Of a stretch of DNA of 64,000 nt, positions 8,783 to 19,818 are shown in pieces (the stretch's first letter is position 1; the number at the start of each line of letters is the position of its first letter). The notes under the pieces were generated by a model. The model made no database searches and was not told the DNA's origin. It saw only the letters and a list, made by a program, of their open reading frames with translations. The DNA comes from a virus. A program made the position numbers and the translations under genes. The stretch spans positions 1 through 64,000 of IMG/VR virus record IMGVR_UViG_3300017987_000013. The stretch is one strand, 5' to 3'.

Positions 8783-9274
8783 GTGTCGTACCGTAATTAT
8801 TTACAGTCCCTCAGCTGGAAAACCCGTAGGATTAAAGCGTTCGAACGGGCTAACTTCAAATGCGAACGGTGTGGTGGACGTGCGGTGGATGTTCACCACC
8901 TTTCGTACAAGAATGTTGGGAACGAACGCGACGAAGACCTGCAAGCGCTGTGTAAGGCTTGCCACATCAAGTGTCACGGCGACAAGATCAAACAAAACGT
9001 TGCAGACGAGCCATTCCGCCTACAAATCCAGTGCCCTATGTGCCCCAACACTGAGATTGTGGTTTATGTGGGAGATGATTCGGTCGGTTATTGCTGCGAG
9101 TCCTGCGGCCATACATGGGATAAGTCACGCAAGAAACATCATACCAAGAAACGCCGGAGAAAAAAGACACGACCCAAGACAAAACAGAAGAAACGCCAGA
9201 AAGACCGGAAAAAGAAACCCAGTCCTTGCCCACACTGCAAACCTGGCGTGCCGTGTCTACGGCACATGCGATAG
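8783..9274 (+). CDS. HNH endonuclease with Zn ribbon and Lys/Arg-rich tail
   Basis: 'CERCGGRAVDVHHLSY...LQALCKACHIKCH', then CPMC/CESC and a basic tail. Confidence 0.85.
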   Translation: MSYRNYLQSLSWKTRRIKAFERANFKCERCGGRAVDVHHLSYKNVGNERDEDLQALCKACHIKCHGDKIKQNVADEPFRLQIQCPMCPNTEIVVYVGDDSVGYCCESCGHTWDKSRKKHHTKKRRRKKTRPKTKQKKRQKDRKKKPSPCPHCKPGVPCLRHMR

Positions 9275-9787
9275 ACGGTCAGCGATCTCCGGCCATTTGA
9301 CCTTATCAAGCGCGGCTAGGTGGGTCTTCGGAAGCTCGACTGCGCCCGGCAACCCGTAGCCCTGTAGCGCAGCCTGAAGAAGCCATAAGGCATCGCTTGT
9401 GTTGTTGTCGCAGCCGTCGTAACCCAGCCGCTTGACGGCCTCGACCAGAACCAACTCCTTGACGGCGTTACCCTTTCCGGTCGCCAGCTTCTTGAGCGTC
9501 GACGGCGGGATCTCAATCCAAGGCATTCGCTGTTCAGTGAGCTCTAGTCGCACAACGCCACCCAACTCGCCGATCTGGTGGGCTTGGTTGGCTCGAGCGT
9601 AGGCGTACCCCTCGATGACGACGAGGTCGATCGCGCCTTGGAACACGAACTGCATGACGCGGTCCCGGATCCACTGCAGGCGCTGCACTCCACGGTTATG
9701 GCTACTCGGGGGGGAGAATACGCCCGACCCACTTTGAGTCGCGAAGCCCGTCTTTCCAAGAGCTAGGTCCAATGCCAGTACGTTCAT
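9257..9787 (-). CDS. ruvC: Phage RuvC-like Holliday junction resolvase
   Basis: 'VLALDLA', 'VVIEGY', 'IGELGGVVR', 'PSTLKKLATGKGNA.K' and 'DNNTSDA'. Confidence 0.88.
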   Translation of the reverse strand: MNVLALDLALGKTGFATQSGSGVFSPPSSHNRGVQRLQWIRDRVMQFVFQGAIDLVVIEGYAYARANQAHQIGELGGVVRLELTEQRMPWIEIPPSTLKKLATGKGNAVKELVLVEAVKRLGYDGCDNNTSDALWLLQAALQGYGLPGAVELPKTHLAALDKVKWPEIADRLSHVP

Positions 9788-10286
9788 TCGGGGATCTCCT
9801 TGATTCGCCAGAGGTGATCGGCGTAGGGCTTTGCGCTGGTAGCGGTTCATGCACTCACCGCCCTTGTTGCTGCCACACGTCGCTGTCTCCGGTGATCCAC
9901 ACACAACCCGCTTTCGTGTGTGGTTTTGAAACGACAGCCTAACTCTGCACAGAACTGTGCTTCGTTGCGCCAACGCTCACCGTAGTGTTTTTCGCAATAC
10001 TTACCGACCGTGGCGGGTTTACCACAGCGTAGACACGCATGATGTTTTATGCGGTGAAGGTGGACATACCGGACAGCCCAATCCTCGCCAGACAACTCAA
10101 ACGCGCCTACGTATCCGCAATCCCAACACCGCGCCTTTGCGATCGGCTCGTAGCCACCATACGCACAACCACACCGCATACAGCACAAGAGTCGGATTGC
10201 CTCTTTCACGCACTCACCGCCTTTGCGATAGCGCGGCGCGCCGCACCAGTAGATCCTCCCACCAACCGCCACGCTGCCACACGCTG

Positions 10287-11522
10287 TTAGTCGTTGTCAT
10301 TGTCGGCTCCCGTGATGCGGTCGATCTCAGAGATGATGCGAAAGGTTGCGCAACTAATGCCGCCGTACGCCGCAAGCCTCGTTGGGTCAGTGTCCGTCGC
10401 GCGCTTTTGTATTGCAGCATCGCGTTCCGTCTCCACCACCTCGCGTATCTGCGCAATTTGGCGGTCACGTTCGGAGATTATGTCTTCACGGCGCTCCAGA
10501 GCTTCGAGCTGTGCCGCGCACTTAGCGCGGAGGTCGTCGATTTCGTCGGCTGCATCATGCAGCATTCGCGCATCTGCCCCACCCAGGTAATACGCTGACG
10601 AGACCTCACCATAGAGACGTAGACAAAGACGGTTGGTACCCTCATACACGCCGTCGTCTCCCTGCATCTCCTTAAGTTGGGCGCGAAGGTCAGAAGACCC
10701 GCTAGCCTCGCCATACGGGTTTTCCTTGGCCCACGTAGCGCTAGCGTCTGCCGCAAGGTCGGCCCATGATGCCTGTTCGCGGTCAGCGTCGTCTGTGGCC
10801 GTAGGGTCGCCCGGGTTTGCCGCATTCGGCCCGTCAGGCAAAGGAGAGGCGGAGCCGCCCGACGTACTGGGGCTGTCGGGTACATCTGTAATGGCGCCCA
10901 CGGTTTCTTGACACCGTTCGGGCTGGCTCTCTTTGTGCTCCACGGAGTCCGCAATACCACCATCAGTTTCGTCCGCTTCTGCTAGATCCTTATCGGGCCT
11001 CTCGTCAACAATAGTGGGTTTCCACCCTGGCAAGTCTGCTGTCCGGCATTCAATCGTTGCAAGAGTTGCAGACGAGGGGCCGCTGGCCTCGGACTCAGAC
11101 GCCTGACCGGGCTGTACAGTTGGATGCAGATCAGCGTCAACCCCTGTAGCAGCGTGCCCCTCGGTTGCCCGTTTGGTCCGGTCTCGTGCAGCGTTCCAAC
11201 CTTCGATGAACGCTTCGCATACCACCTTAGCAATTCCTCGATCTATAGACCATTGCTCATAGAGTATCGTATTCCCGTACCATACCTGCCACAGGCCGTT
11301 GGGGTATTCGGGGCTGTAAACACGTTTTAGTTCCAATTCCTCACGCATCGTCGCCTCCGTTCGGTATATGTGCGGCCTCAACAGCTCCAAAGCGTTCTCC
11401 AGCAGCGCGACGGCAGGTGTGACGGCGTGTGCCGGATGTGAGGGGTCGTTGATCTCGTCATAGTGTAGGGGCGGAGTGATCTTTGGCATCCTACGGTCCT
11501 TCCCATTCTGGAAGTTGTTCAT
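10287..11522 (-). CDS. Mosaic hypothetical protein with low-complexity centre and coiled-coil C-terminus
   Basis: Long ORF within the coupled operon; 'MLHDAADEIDDLRAK' coiled coil. Confidence 0.6.
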   Translation of the reverse strand: MNNFQNGKDRRMPKITPPLHYDEINDPSHPAHAVTPAVALLENALELLRPHIYRTEATMREELELKRVYSPEYPNGLWQVWYGNTILYEQWSIDRGIAKVVCEAFIEGWNAARDRTKRATEGHAATGVDADLHPTVQPGQASESEASGPSSATLATIECRTADLPGWKPTIVDERPDKDLAEADETDGGIADSVEHKESQPERCQETVGAITDVPDSPSTSGGSASPLPDGPNAANPGDPTATDDADREQASWADLAADASATWAKENPYGEASGSSDLRAQLKEMQGDDGVYEGTNRLCLRLYGEVSSAYYLGGADARMLHDAADEIDDLRAKCAAQLEALERREDIISERDRQIAQIREVVETERDAAIQKRATDTDPTRLAAYGGISCATFRIISEIDRITGADNDND

Positions 11523-12038
11523 ATTCGTAGTCAGTCATGTACTTGATGGTCACCAGAAACGAACTGCCATCGGCGCCACCCTCAAGCCACGACTTTACCG
11601 CCACCATAGCAGTGTCCAGGTCCCGCTCAGTCGCCCGAGAGTAGTTACCTGTTGGCCCGATTACATATCGCGGCTTCTTAGTGGTCATGTAGTACACCCC
11701 TGCACTCGCTGGGTAAGCAGCTCCTGTCGCCGCTAGCAACGCTTGCTTTAGGTTAGTCATCGAGATTTCTCCCAACACAGTTCACGTCTGCAATAGTTTC
11801 CGGTAGCGGGCGGTACTGGTGCGTGGCGTCATCCGCTTCTGTTAGGTCTGTTGCGGCCTCCCATGCAGCATCCAAGTTCGTTTCGACGAGCACTTCAACC
11901 GCCGCATCCCTAATTTGTGCTATCGCCGTCCTTAGTTTGATGATCTCTTCTCTAAAGCGGGCGTTCTGCGTGTGCAACTCCAAACAGTCTTCGCGAGCCT
12001 CTATAGATTCTCTTAGACAATTGTGATGGTAACTAGCA

Positions 12039-12383
12039 TCAACCATTAACCCTCGCTTTCGCCGCTAGCGCGGCCTCGCAAATGGCTTTGGGTGCGGTGT
12101 TGGCCGTCCTAGAGCACCGGAACAGTGAGACTTCGCCCAATGGTGCACCCTCGTTGTGTATCGAGCACCACCACCCACCATTCGCGTTGGAGCCAATCGT
12201 TACATACACACCCTCCTCCCGCATCTTCTCCACCACCGCCCAAGCGTCGGCTATGGAGTGCTCGGGGTCCCACACGAATATAGATGAAACTTCGACGCCA
12301 TTCTCGTCATACCAACCCACTTTCCACTCGCCCAATTCCCACTCCATCACGTCTTCTGCAATCCTGCGGTTGAAATCAGCCAT
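12039..12383 (-). CDS. Phage ABA-sandwich-like domain protein
   Basis: 'NRRIAEDVMEW...WDPEHSIADAWAVVEKM...TAPKAICEAALAA'. Confidence 0.7.
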   Translation of the reverse strand: MADFNRRIAEDVMEWELGEWKVGWYDENGVEVSSIFVWDPEHSIADAWAVVEKMREEGVYVTIGSNANGGWWCSIHNEGAPLGEVSLFRCSRTANTAPKAICEAALAAKARVNG

Positions 12384-14608
12384 CGTCGCCCCCGATTTCT
12401 GAGCCAATTGGCCGGGCTCCCTCGTCTGGGTATTCGAGGCAGTAAGCACAGTGTTTCGTTCGGACGCCTTGTATGCCATCGCCGGGCGACAGCATAACTA
12501 TGATCTCTGTGTCAGGCTCGGCGTGGTGGGCATCGGCGAACGTGCACAGGTCGGCTATTTCACTCACGGTCAACAGCATCGTCGCCCCTGTGATGTGGAT
12601 AGATCCTATTGTACGCATCCTCGGACGCCGCATCTATTCTGTGTGGGTCATCGTCCGCAAGGTAGGCAATCATATAAAACATATGTTCGCACGCCTCGTG
12701 AGCATCGCCCATGTTTTCAATAAGATCAAAAGAAAACCCAGCATTGTCATCCATGCAGTGTTGGTATGAACCAGCCATTATTTCTCGCCTCCTGTAAGTG
12801 CGCGGAGCATATCGTGTATGTTGTCACATGCTTTGATGTACTGATCCCAATACCCAACCTGCTCGGCATAGGTGCACTTATCTCGAATGCGGTACGTCTC
12901 AAAACGATGATTACGCACCGCCATAAGCACATCCTCCGCCCTCACAAACCCCTCTGCTTTGAGGTGAGCGGCAATTTCTTCGCTCGCCCTAGCATACACC
13001 TCGTTGCTTGTTATATCGTCCACACCACGAGAAACTGCACGCACCCATTTTGTTTTCTTCAATGCGGCGTGCAACTCGGTTTCAAGTTCTTTGGCCATTC
13101 TCATCGCCCCCTGTGAGTGCGCGGATACGGTTCCGTATTATCCAAGCCTGTTCGGCTAATCTCTTGTAAAGGAACACAAGTTCCTCGTTGTAATTTTGCG
13201 ACTTCTCAAACTTGTGTTTTGTTGCCACACACAACACCCGTTGGGTTTCTGCGATGTCGGCTGCATCCTCCACGCTCACGAATCCTTTTATTTTGAGGTA
13301 TTCTGACTCGCTTTCCTCCTTCGCCTGTTGCTCATCGATGTGGGCGAGCAGCTCGCGACACCATCCATATAGCTTGTGTCGGTATTGATCGGATGTGGGA
13401 TGACTCGGATTATCCCTGAGCCAATCCAGCGCCTCGCGTACATTCTCGAGTTCTTTTGAGGTCATCCATCACCCCCTAGCGCGGCCTTAAGTATCACCCT
13501 CCCAATTTCGTACCTGTCGCCCGCTGGTTCACCAAACACAACAGGCCCTAGATCTTCTGTGATACTATGCCATTGCTCGTCCGTCAACGCATCCACGGCG
13601 GCGTTGATCATGGTACGGGTTGCACGCTGAACACACTTGCGTGCGCCCAACATCGCGACCTCTTCCAAGGACATATGCAGGCGTTCCCTAGCCTCCTCGT
13701 CAGTCCACTGCACAGGGTCGATTGTTATTTCCATGGACAGCGCCCGAAGCACCCTGGTGCCTAGCGCATCTTCTAATGCCCTCACCGCGGCCTCTAGTGG
13801 TGTGTCAGTCGGCATCGTCGGTCTCCAGTGCTTTGCGGAGTGCAAGAAATTCCTTATGGTGAGTTACGTAGAACTTGATGCCGTGGGCTATTGTTGGCTG
13901 GGCTAGTGCGTTCACCTTATTCGCCGCCACCTCGATCCGCTTGAGCCGGGCGTTCTCGGCTTCGAGGTCGTTAGCCCGCGCCTCTGTGTTGGCTTGGTCG
14001 ATATTGGCTAAATGCAATTGCTCTGCGAGGTGTTTCACCTCTACTAGCAACTCTTGCCGCTTTTCAATCGCCTCTGTATTCATCGCTCGCTCGTTCGATT
14101 GCTTGTTGTAGTGTGGTCCCACATGTGCCAACATACACCGTTCCATCTTTCCACCATGCATACTTTGATAGCCCCTCTACAACGCCGCGCAAAAACTCGC
14201 TTTGGGCGTCCTGCTTAAGTATCCCGTTCTCGCGTTCGAGTTCCGCGATGCGGGCTGCTACCACACCCGAATGATTGTCCTGCACGTAAGCGATATACTT
14301 ATCGTTGGTTATTGCCATCACTCACCTCCGTCTAGCCACGCACGAAGGTCCGCAAGTAAAGTACAACGGGCGCACAAACGTGCGTCTTCTGTAGACCCTT
14401 CGATATTGACACAATTAGAATCAAGGTGGCCACCGAGTTCTATGGTATGTCTCATTACCTCCCGTGCCTCCTCGACACGCTTGAGTGCGCGTTCGGCTAC
14501 GTCGCAAAGCCAGTGGTAATCTGGCGCTTCATCTTCGGGTGGCGCTTCCGCCTTTAGGCCCTGCACCCGCTCAAAGTCAGTCATCTTTCCTCCACGTCCG
14601 TGGCTCAC
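12376..14608 (-). CDS. Run of small coupled hypothetical genes (e.g. 12560-12778, 12778-13104, 13082-13465, 13462-13815, 14064-14321, 14318-14584)
   Basis: Overlapping stop/start codons with SD motifs embedded in upstream C-termini (...TGG, ...LGGDG, ...DGGE). Confidence 0.6.
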
Positions 14609-14689
14609 AACGGTACCACGTTGTCGGGAAATCTATTTCGCGATCCTCGATCGCACATTCCCCGGCCCGCATATCGTCAACGTAGACGG

Positions 14690-15283
14690 TCATAATGACG
14701 GTTTGGCGCCATGCTCAAAGCGAGCTGAACGCGCGGCGGTGTAAGCGGCAGCCAGATCAGGGCTACCGGGGTTGCGTCCCTTATCGCCGTGATGAGATTT
14801 CGGACATTGACAGCCGATTCTATCAGCACGACCCTCAAATTGGATACCGAAACAACCACACACCGGGCACTGGCACCATAAGTAGCTCCAATCACCACCG
14901 CCACACGGAAATGCCGCATAGGCGCATTCATCATCGACTTCGATTAGGTCGTAATAGTGACCATCACCTAACCCGTACAGACTACACTGTACCTGTGGGA
15001 TGTTGCCCCAAAACAAAAACGCGTCATGGCTCGTGCCGTCAGCTAACGCATGTAGTTTGTCACACTCACCCAGGTGGGGTTCTTTGCCTTTAATCTCAAC
15101 CCAACATCCGTTGTTGGTATCCGGTAGCCAGAAGTCAGGCAAGTAGAGTCCGGCTTTACCAAGTTCAAACCCTTCCTTCTCGTACTCGTATGGGATGCCG
15201 AGCGCGTCGAAAAACACAGCCCATCGCGCCTCAAGGCGGCTACGGAACAGATACCCGTTGTACTCGGTGTTGATCGCCTTCAT
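14690..15283 (-). CDS. PD-(D/E)XK nuclease-family protein
   Basis: 'FRSRLEARWAVFFD...YEYEKEGF...YLPDFWLP...WVEIKG'. Confidence 0.85.
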   Translation of the reverse strand: MKAINTEYNGYLFRSRLEARWAVFFDALGIPYEYEKEGFELGKAGLYLPDFWLPDTNNGCWVEIKGKEPHLGECDKLHALADGTSHDAFLFWGNIPQVQCSLYGLGDGHYYDLIEVDDECAYAAFPCGGGDWSYLWCQCPVCGCFGIQFEGRADRIGCQCPKSHHGDKGRNPGSPDLAAAYTAARSARFEHGAKPSL

Positions 15284-16992
15284 GGCTCTTGCCTTCCGGT
15301 ACGGTCTCTAATTATGCCGTTGTCGAGTTGTAGGGTTTCCGACCGATCTGTGGCCAGTGCCCCATTCCGGCGGTGTTTCCTGCAGGTGACTCGCATCGCA
15401 CCTTTGTCGACAAACCCATCAATCTCAACTAGCGCATCACGAATCTGGGACGCTTCACCCTTACTCAACTTGCTTTTCAGTTTGCGCGACAACATGAGCA
15501 CTACGTCCGCGGCCTCTTCGATTGCTCCGCATTCTTTGAGTGCCGAGAGAACAGGGATGCGGTATGGTTCGAGTGGATCTCGCGGCCCACGATTTAGTTG
15601 CGCGGCCGCGACAACGACGATTTGGTGCTCGACGGCGAGTTCCTTCGCCTCTTTTATGGCGTGTGCCATCTCTTGCCGCTGGTCTCTACCGCCGTAGTCC
15701 ATTTGGTGTAGGTGGTCTATCACGACGACTTTACATTTCCGCTCGACGGCGAACTCGACCCACTGTTGCAACGAGACAAGGTTGATGCGTCGAGCAGGAG
15801 CGAAATACGCGAGGTTCCGTAACGCCGTTGCTTGCTCTCGTAAGTCGTCTTCGATTCTCTGTCGGGCGTCAACCGGCAATCGTTCCCAGGCAGAGGTCAA
15901 CACATGCTCTTCGTTCAGGTCGCATCGGAACGCAGACCATTTTCGGCGTAGCTGCTTGGGGTCCATTTCCATGCCAATGAACAGCCACGGTTTGCCCTGC
16001 ATCTCGGCGAGGTGATTACAGAAATTGAGCAGAAAAGTGCTCTTGCCCTGCCCAGGTCTTGCGCCGACGATCCACAACTCACCCGGCAAAAGTGGTCCGC
16101 AGAGGTCTATTAATGATTTCCAGCCCCATTTCGGGGCCGTACTCGTATCTTGACGTCCATACTCGATAGCCTCTCGGACCTGTTGGTCGACCAATTCCTC
16201 GATTGGTTTTGGCTCAGCTTCGGCCTTGATCCGTTCGATCGTTTCGGCGAACGCGACCCCTTTGGCTTTGTGTAGATCGGCAAGGTCGTCTATGTCACCC
16301 CCAGAAATCACGATGGCATCGGAAATGTCGCGCAAAACAGAATCCGCGAACTTAGCCCCCGCATCACCCTTTTCCTGCCAGATGTAGACCTGGCGACCTT
16401 TGAGGTATTGCGCCCACTCAGGCTTCCATGTGTTTGCTCCGGGCGCACCGACAGCCAACACATCATGATGCCACGCCGCGTGACAATCAGATTCGCCTTC
16501 AACGAGGATCACTGACCCACTGTGAACCGATAGCCGGTCGAGTCCGTACGGGTAGGTCGGTTGGTTCTGTCCTTCCCACCACGTCCGGTGTTTTCCCGAC
16601 TCGTCGGCGCCGCCACGAAACTTGTTCCGCAGGAGGTCGCCGTGGGTATCTTGGTACGGGATCCGCACGCAACACCAACCCTTCTCGTTCTCGAACGTCT
16701 CGACACCCCACGACATTAGCTTCGGGACACTGAAAGACTTCTCGACGGCGTAATCTTCGATGGTGTACCCACGGGATCGGCGCGCCAACCCCAACTCCTC
16801 AGCTAACGTGTCGAGCGACTCCGTGAATCCACAGGCATGGCACCCCCATGCATTCTCACCAACCCAAGCACTTGGACTACCGTCTTCGTGTCGCGGACAA
16901 CAAAACTCGAACACCTTCTTGCCATCTCGCGTCTTGCCGCCACGAACTCTGATGGCATGTATTAGTTCAGCTCGAAACTGCAGATCGTCCAT
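15280..16992 (-). CDS. Primase-helicase fusion (Zn finger + TOPRIM + DnaB/SF4 helicase)
   Basis: CCPRHED...CHACG; TOPRIM 'ILVEGESD'; Walker A 'GARPGQGKS'; 'VVVIDHLH', 'AAQLNR' and 'GAIEEAADVV'. Confidence 0.92.
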   Translation of the reverse strand: MDDLQFRAELIHAIRVRGGKTRDGKKVFEFCCPRHEDGSPSAWVGENAWGCHACGFTESLDTLAEELGLARRSRGYTIEDYAVEKSFSVPKLMSWGVETFENEKGWCCVRIPYQDTHGDLLRNKFRGGADESGKHRTWWEGQNQPTYPYGLDRLSVHSGSVILVEGESDCHAAWHHDVLAVGAPGANTWKPEWAQYLKGRQVYIWQEKGDAGAKFADSVLRDISDAIVISGGDIDDLADLHKAKGVAFAETIERIKAEAEPKPIEELVDQQVREAIEYGRQDTSTAPKWGWKSLIDLCGPLLPGELWIVGARPGQGKSTFLLNFCNHLAEMQGKPWLFIGMEMDPKQLRRKWSAFRCDLNEEHVLTSAWERLPVDARQRIEDDLREQATALRNLAYFAPARRINLVSLQQWVEFAVERKCKVVVIDHLHQMDYGGRDQRQEMAHAIKEAKELAVEHQIVVVAAAQLNRGPRDPLEPYRIPVLSALKECGAIEEAADVVLMLSRKLKSKLSKGEASQIRDALVEIDGFVDKGAMRVTCRKHRRNGALATDRSETLQLDNGIIRDRTGRQEP

Positions 16993-17898
16993 TTAGTCCT
17001 CGAATCCCGGCTCAGGTTCACTCAACCGTTCGTACCTCCCGATGAAATCGTGGACTATGTCAGGGTTCCTGAGAATATACTCGAGTCCGTGCTTCCCCAT
17101 GTTGATGTGCCAAGGATCGATCGCGTTCCCCCGAATCGCATCCTTCAGGTTCTCGACCGTGAACCCTTCAGACAGGCGCGTCTGAATTCTCTGCTGGCCA
17201 GTTTTGTTCACTACTCTGCGTTTGGGGTGAGTCTCGAGGTAGAAATCGACCACCGTTTGCACGTCGTCTTTTTGTTCGGCAAAACCCAAGTCTGTTTGCT
17301 TTACTTGCTTTACTTGCTTTACTTGCTTCTTATTATTTGTGTTGGAGGTGTGTTGGAGGTGTGTTGGAGGTGTGTTGTTCAATGTGTTGGCCGGTATGTC
17401 GTTTGGCGCTTCCGTATTGTCGTAAGTTGTTGCAACGTCGGTGGTTGCGTGGCCGTTAGGTGTGTTACTTGGTGTGCCGGTAGGTGTGCCGATTTTTGGC
17501 CCACTCTCACTCAAACCTGCAAAACCCTGTGTTGGAGGTGTGTTAGTTTCGTTGGGGTTGGTTTGGTAACTATCATATTTTACAAGAAGATAGACCGTTC
17601 CTACCTGTGTTTCCCGTTGTGCCACGACTCGGTCTGCTTCAACAAGCCAACGAATAAAGGTTCGCACTTGTTGAACACCCCACTTCCACCGTATCGCGAA
17701 ATAACGCAACGACGCAACCAACTCACCGCGCTCAAGAGGAACGGTCTGTAAATCGTCAGTCACTTTGAGGTACGGTTTCCATGCCGCCATCTGGATCATG
17801 TCCTCCCATGCTTCCCACCGGGAAAACGTCCGCGACATATTCCACAAAGGATCCTCGGCATAAGCCTTGCGACTGATTTTGATATGACCCCAAGACAC
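16993..17898 (-). CDS. Phage replication initiator (lambda O-like architecture)
   Basis: N-terminal winged HTH ('GHIKISRK...LERGELVASLRYFAIRWKW'), Thr/Pro/Asn linker containing repeats, and C-terminal 'IQTRLSEGFTVENLKDAI' domain. It lies upstream of the helicase. Confidence 0.82.
   Translation of the reverse strand: MSWGHIKISRKAYAEDPLWNMSRTFSRWEAWEDMIQMAAWKPYLKVTDDLQTVPLERGELVASLRYFAIRWKWGVQQVRTFIRWLVEADRVVAQRETQVGTVYLLVKYDSYQTNPNETNTPPTQGFAGLSESGPKIGTPTGTPSNTPNGHATTDVATTYDNTEAPNDIPANTLNNTPPTHLQHTSNTNNKKQVKQVKQVKQTDLGFAEQKDDVQTVVDFYLETHPKRRVVNKTGQQRIQTRLSEGFTVENLKDAIRGNAIDPWHINMGKHGLEYILRNPDIVHDFIGRYERLSEPEPGFED
17293..17546. repeat. Putative replication origin: 11-bp iterons next to AT-rich 9-mers
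   Basis: TGTTGGAGGTG x3 in tandem at 17340-17372, another copy near 17530, and adjacent TTTACTTGC x3 at about 17300-17326, all inside the initiator gene. Confidence 0.7.
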
Positions 17899-18266
17899 GA
17901 AACGCTACTCGTCGTGATAATCGTATCTGGCTAACCACGCGAGCGTCGACGCCAGTTTATGCGCTGTTTTGTAGTGAAGGTTTAATGTGATTGGGTCCGA
18001 CGAGCGAGATGTGGTCTGGTTCAAAAGCGCGGTGATCCACGAAGCTAGTAACCGCGCTTCGTCCTCTGTCATAGGGGGGTATTCATCGGTCATTGTTCTG
18101 ATCCCATAAGCAAAGACCCGCTGGTTGCTTGGCGAGAATCCCGGCCCTGGCACGAAGGCCAAGACGCAAGACAGCAACCATACGGGTCTTTTCACTATTA
18201 GTTTTCATCGCCTCGTATCTCGCCAGTTACGTGACACCTTAAAATACCCTCCGGTAGCTAGCCTGG

Positions 18267-18602
18267 TCAAGCATTTTCATGTTCCCGAAGATAATCCTGG
18301 TATTGCTTGATCGCGGTTCCCACGAGGTCGGTTCCATGTTCCGCATCGAATACGGCATGGTGCCCTAGCGCGTGAGCTGAGTCTTTGCGCTCGACGTGGT
18401 ATGGAGAGCTCATGTAAACGATGTTGTTCTTGTCGCCCCAGATTGCTTTCGGGCGTACGTGGTGGGGAACCACCGTTCGGTCCCAGAGTCCTGTCACGAC
18501 GCAGCGTGCTTTGCGGACGCGGCACTGGTCGCGACAGAACTCGAGGTAGTCGGGGTCTTTTAACTCCGCTTTCGGCACTGGGGTAAATGGTAGATCCATC
18601 AT
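18267..18602 (-). CDS. DUF968/HNHc-like nuclease
   Basis: 'DPDYLEFCR...CVVTG...PHHVR...HALG...F'. Confidence 0.6.
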   Translation of the reverse strand: MMDLPFTPVPKAELKDPDYLEFCRDQCRVRKARCVVTGLWDRTVVPHHVRPKAIWGDKNNIVYMSSPYHVERKDSAHALGHHAVFDAEHGTDLVGTAIKQYQDYLREHENA

Positions 18603-19516
18603 GCGGGCCTTAACAAACGCCCGTGTTCGGCGGCGTGGTTAGGGTTGCAGTAAAAAAATCCGACTTCCGCCGATGCTTTTGAGATGAACCGCCTGCACGT
18701 TGGCAACCGACACTGCGGCGCAAGGCGACTAATCAACAACCTGTCCTTCGGTACGGGCACGACATCGGGGGGTACTGGATCCCCGTCGCGTTCAGCCGCT
18801 TCCATCACGAGCCATTGCACGAATAGGTTCAGTGGCAGTTCGGCGACATCTTTACTGCCGATCCTTGGCACTTTTTGTTTCAAATATTTGATGAAGTCGG
18901 CCAGAAGGTCGCCAGCATTCACGAAAGGGTTGAACGCACGGCTCCGGTTGGCACGGTACGTCACTTTCGCGTCCTTGTCTACGACGCTGAAATTGCCGTG
19001 CTCGTCCAACAGGATTTTTGTGCCGTCAGGTAACGCCACCTCTCGCGCTTCCTTGCCTACCAGTATCTTGCTTGGGTCAACCCATTGAACAGACGTGTCG
19101 TCGCTGAGTATCTGGCCCGAATCGTCGACGTAACAAACCGCACTCGTGGGAGTGACGGTGGTTGTATAGTTAATGCTATTTGTCGCTGCGATTGATGTCG
19201 TGTAGTGGTACTGTGACGCAGGGCGGTATTGTGCTGTAGCCATAAACCTCTCAATCTCCTTTGCGGCGTGTTCTGCGTGGCGCTGAAACATCGCCACGTC
19301 AGGGACTCGGTACCGTGATAACACGTAGTCGGTAGCAATGTGCGTAACCACCGGCTGCATCCCATGGCGCACTACCTCGACCCGTAGCGCGTCTCGCAAA
19401 GGGTCGCGTTCGACTTTTACGTTGTGCCCAGGAAATCGACCCTCTAGGTGTCGCTGTACCACAAACATGCAATCCTGCATGGTCGGGACCGGCGCTACTG
19501 ACTGAGATTTAACCAT
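18599..19516 (-). CDS. Hypothetical protein with C-terminal Zn finger
   Basis: Long ORF; 'CRLPTCRRFI...YCNPNH'. Confidence 0.7.
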   Translation of the reverse strand: MVKSQSVAPVPTMQDCMFVVQRHLEGRFPGHNVKVERDPLRDALRVEVVRHGMQPVVTHIATDYVLSRYRVPDVAMFQRHAEHAAKEIERFMATAQYRPASQYHYTTSIAATNSINYTTTVTPTSAVCYVDDSGQILSDDTSVQWVDPSKILVGKEAREVALPDGTKILLDEHGNFSVVDKDAKVTYRANRSRAFNPFVNAGDLLADFIKYLKQKVPRIGSKDVAELPLNLFVQWLVMEAAERDGDPVPPDVVPVPKDRLLISRLAPQCRLPTCRRFISKASAEVGFFYCNPNHAAEHGRLLRPA

Positions 19517-19815
19517 CGGTCCCTAATGTACATCGCCGCCGTTGACGTTCTCATCGGCAATACGTCCGACTTCCAAAACGACCGAGCCTTGTGCGGCGAC
19601 TGCCCGTTGGCAGACCCCCAACGCTCTTCGGTGATTGTGCCGTCCTTGATCACGCGCTGGTGTTCATGACCACAGTGCGGGCATATCACGCTATGGTTTC
19701 CGTTCAACGAAAAATCTAGTTCAGCGACGAACGTCTTACCGCAATTCGTACAATTCATGTCCGTCCGCGTCAGACCCTCGCCGCTGATACCGGGGATGTC
19801 GCTAGGCTTCCCCAT
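19495..19815 (-). CDS. Zn-ribbon protein
   Basis: CTNC...CPHC. Confidence 0.7.
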   Translation of the reverse strand: MGKPSDIPGISGEGLTRTDMNCTNCGKTFVAELDFSLNGNHSVICPHCGHEHQRVIKDGTITEERWGSANGQSPHKARSFWKSDVLPMRTSTAAMYIRDRWLNLSQ

Positions 19816-19818
19816 CCG

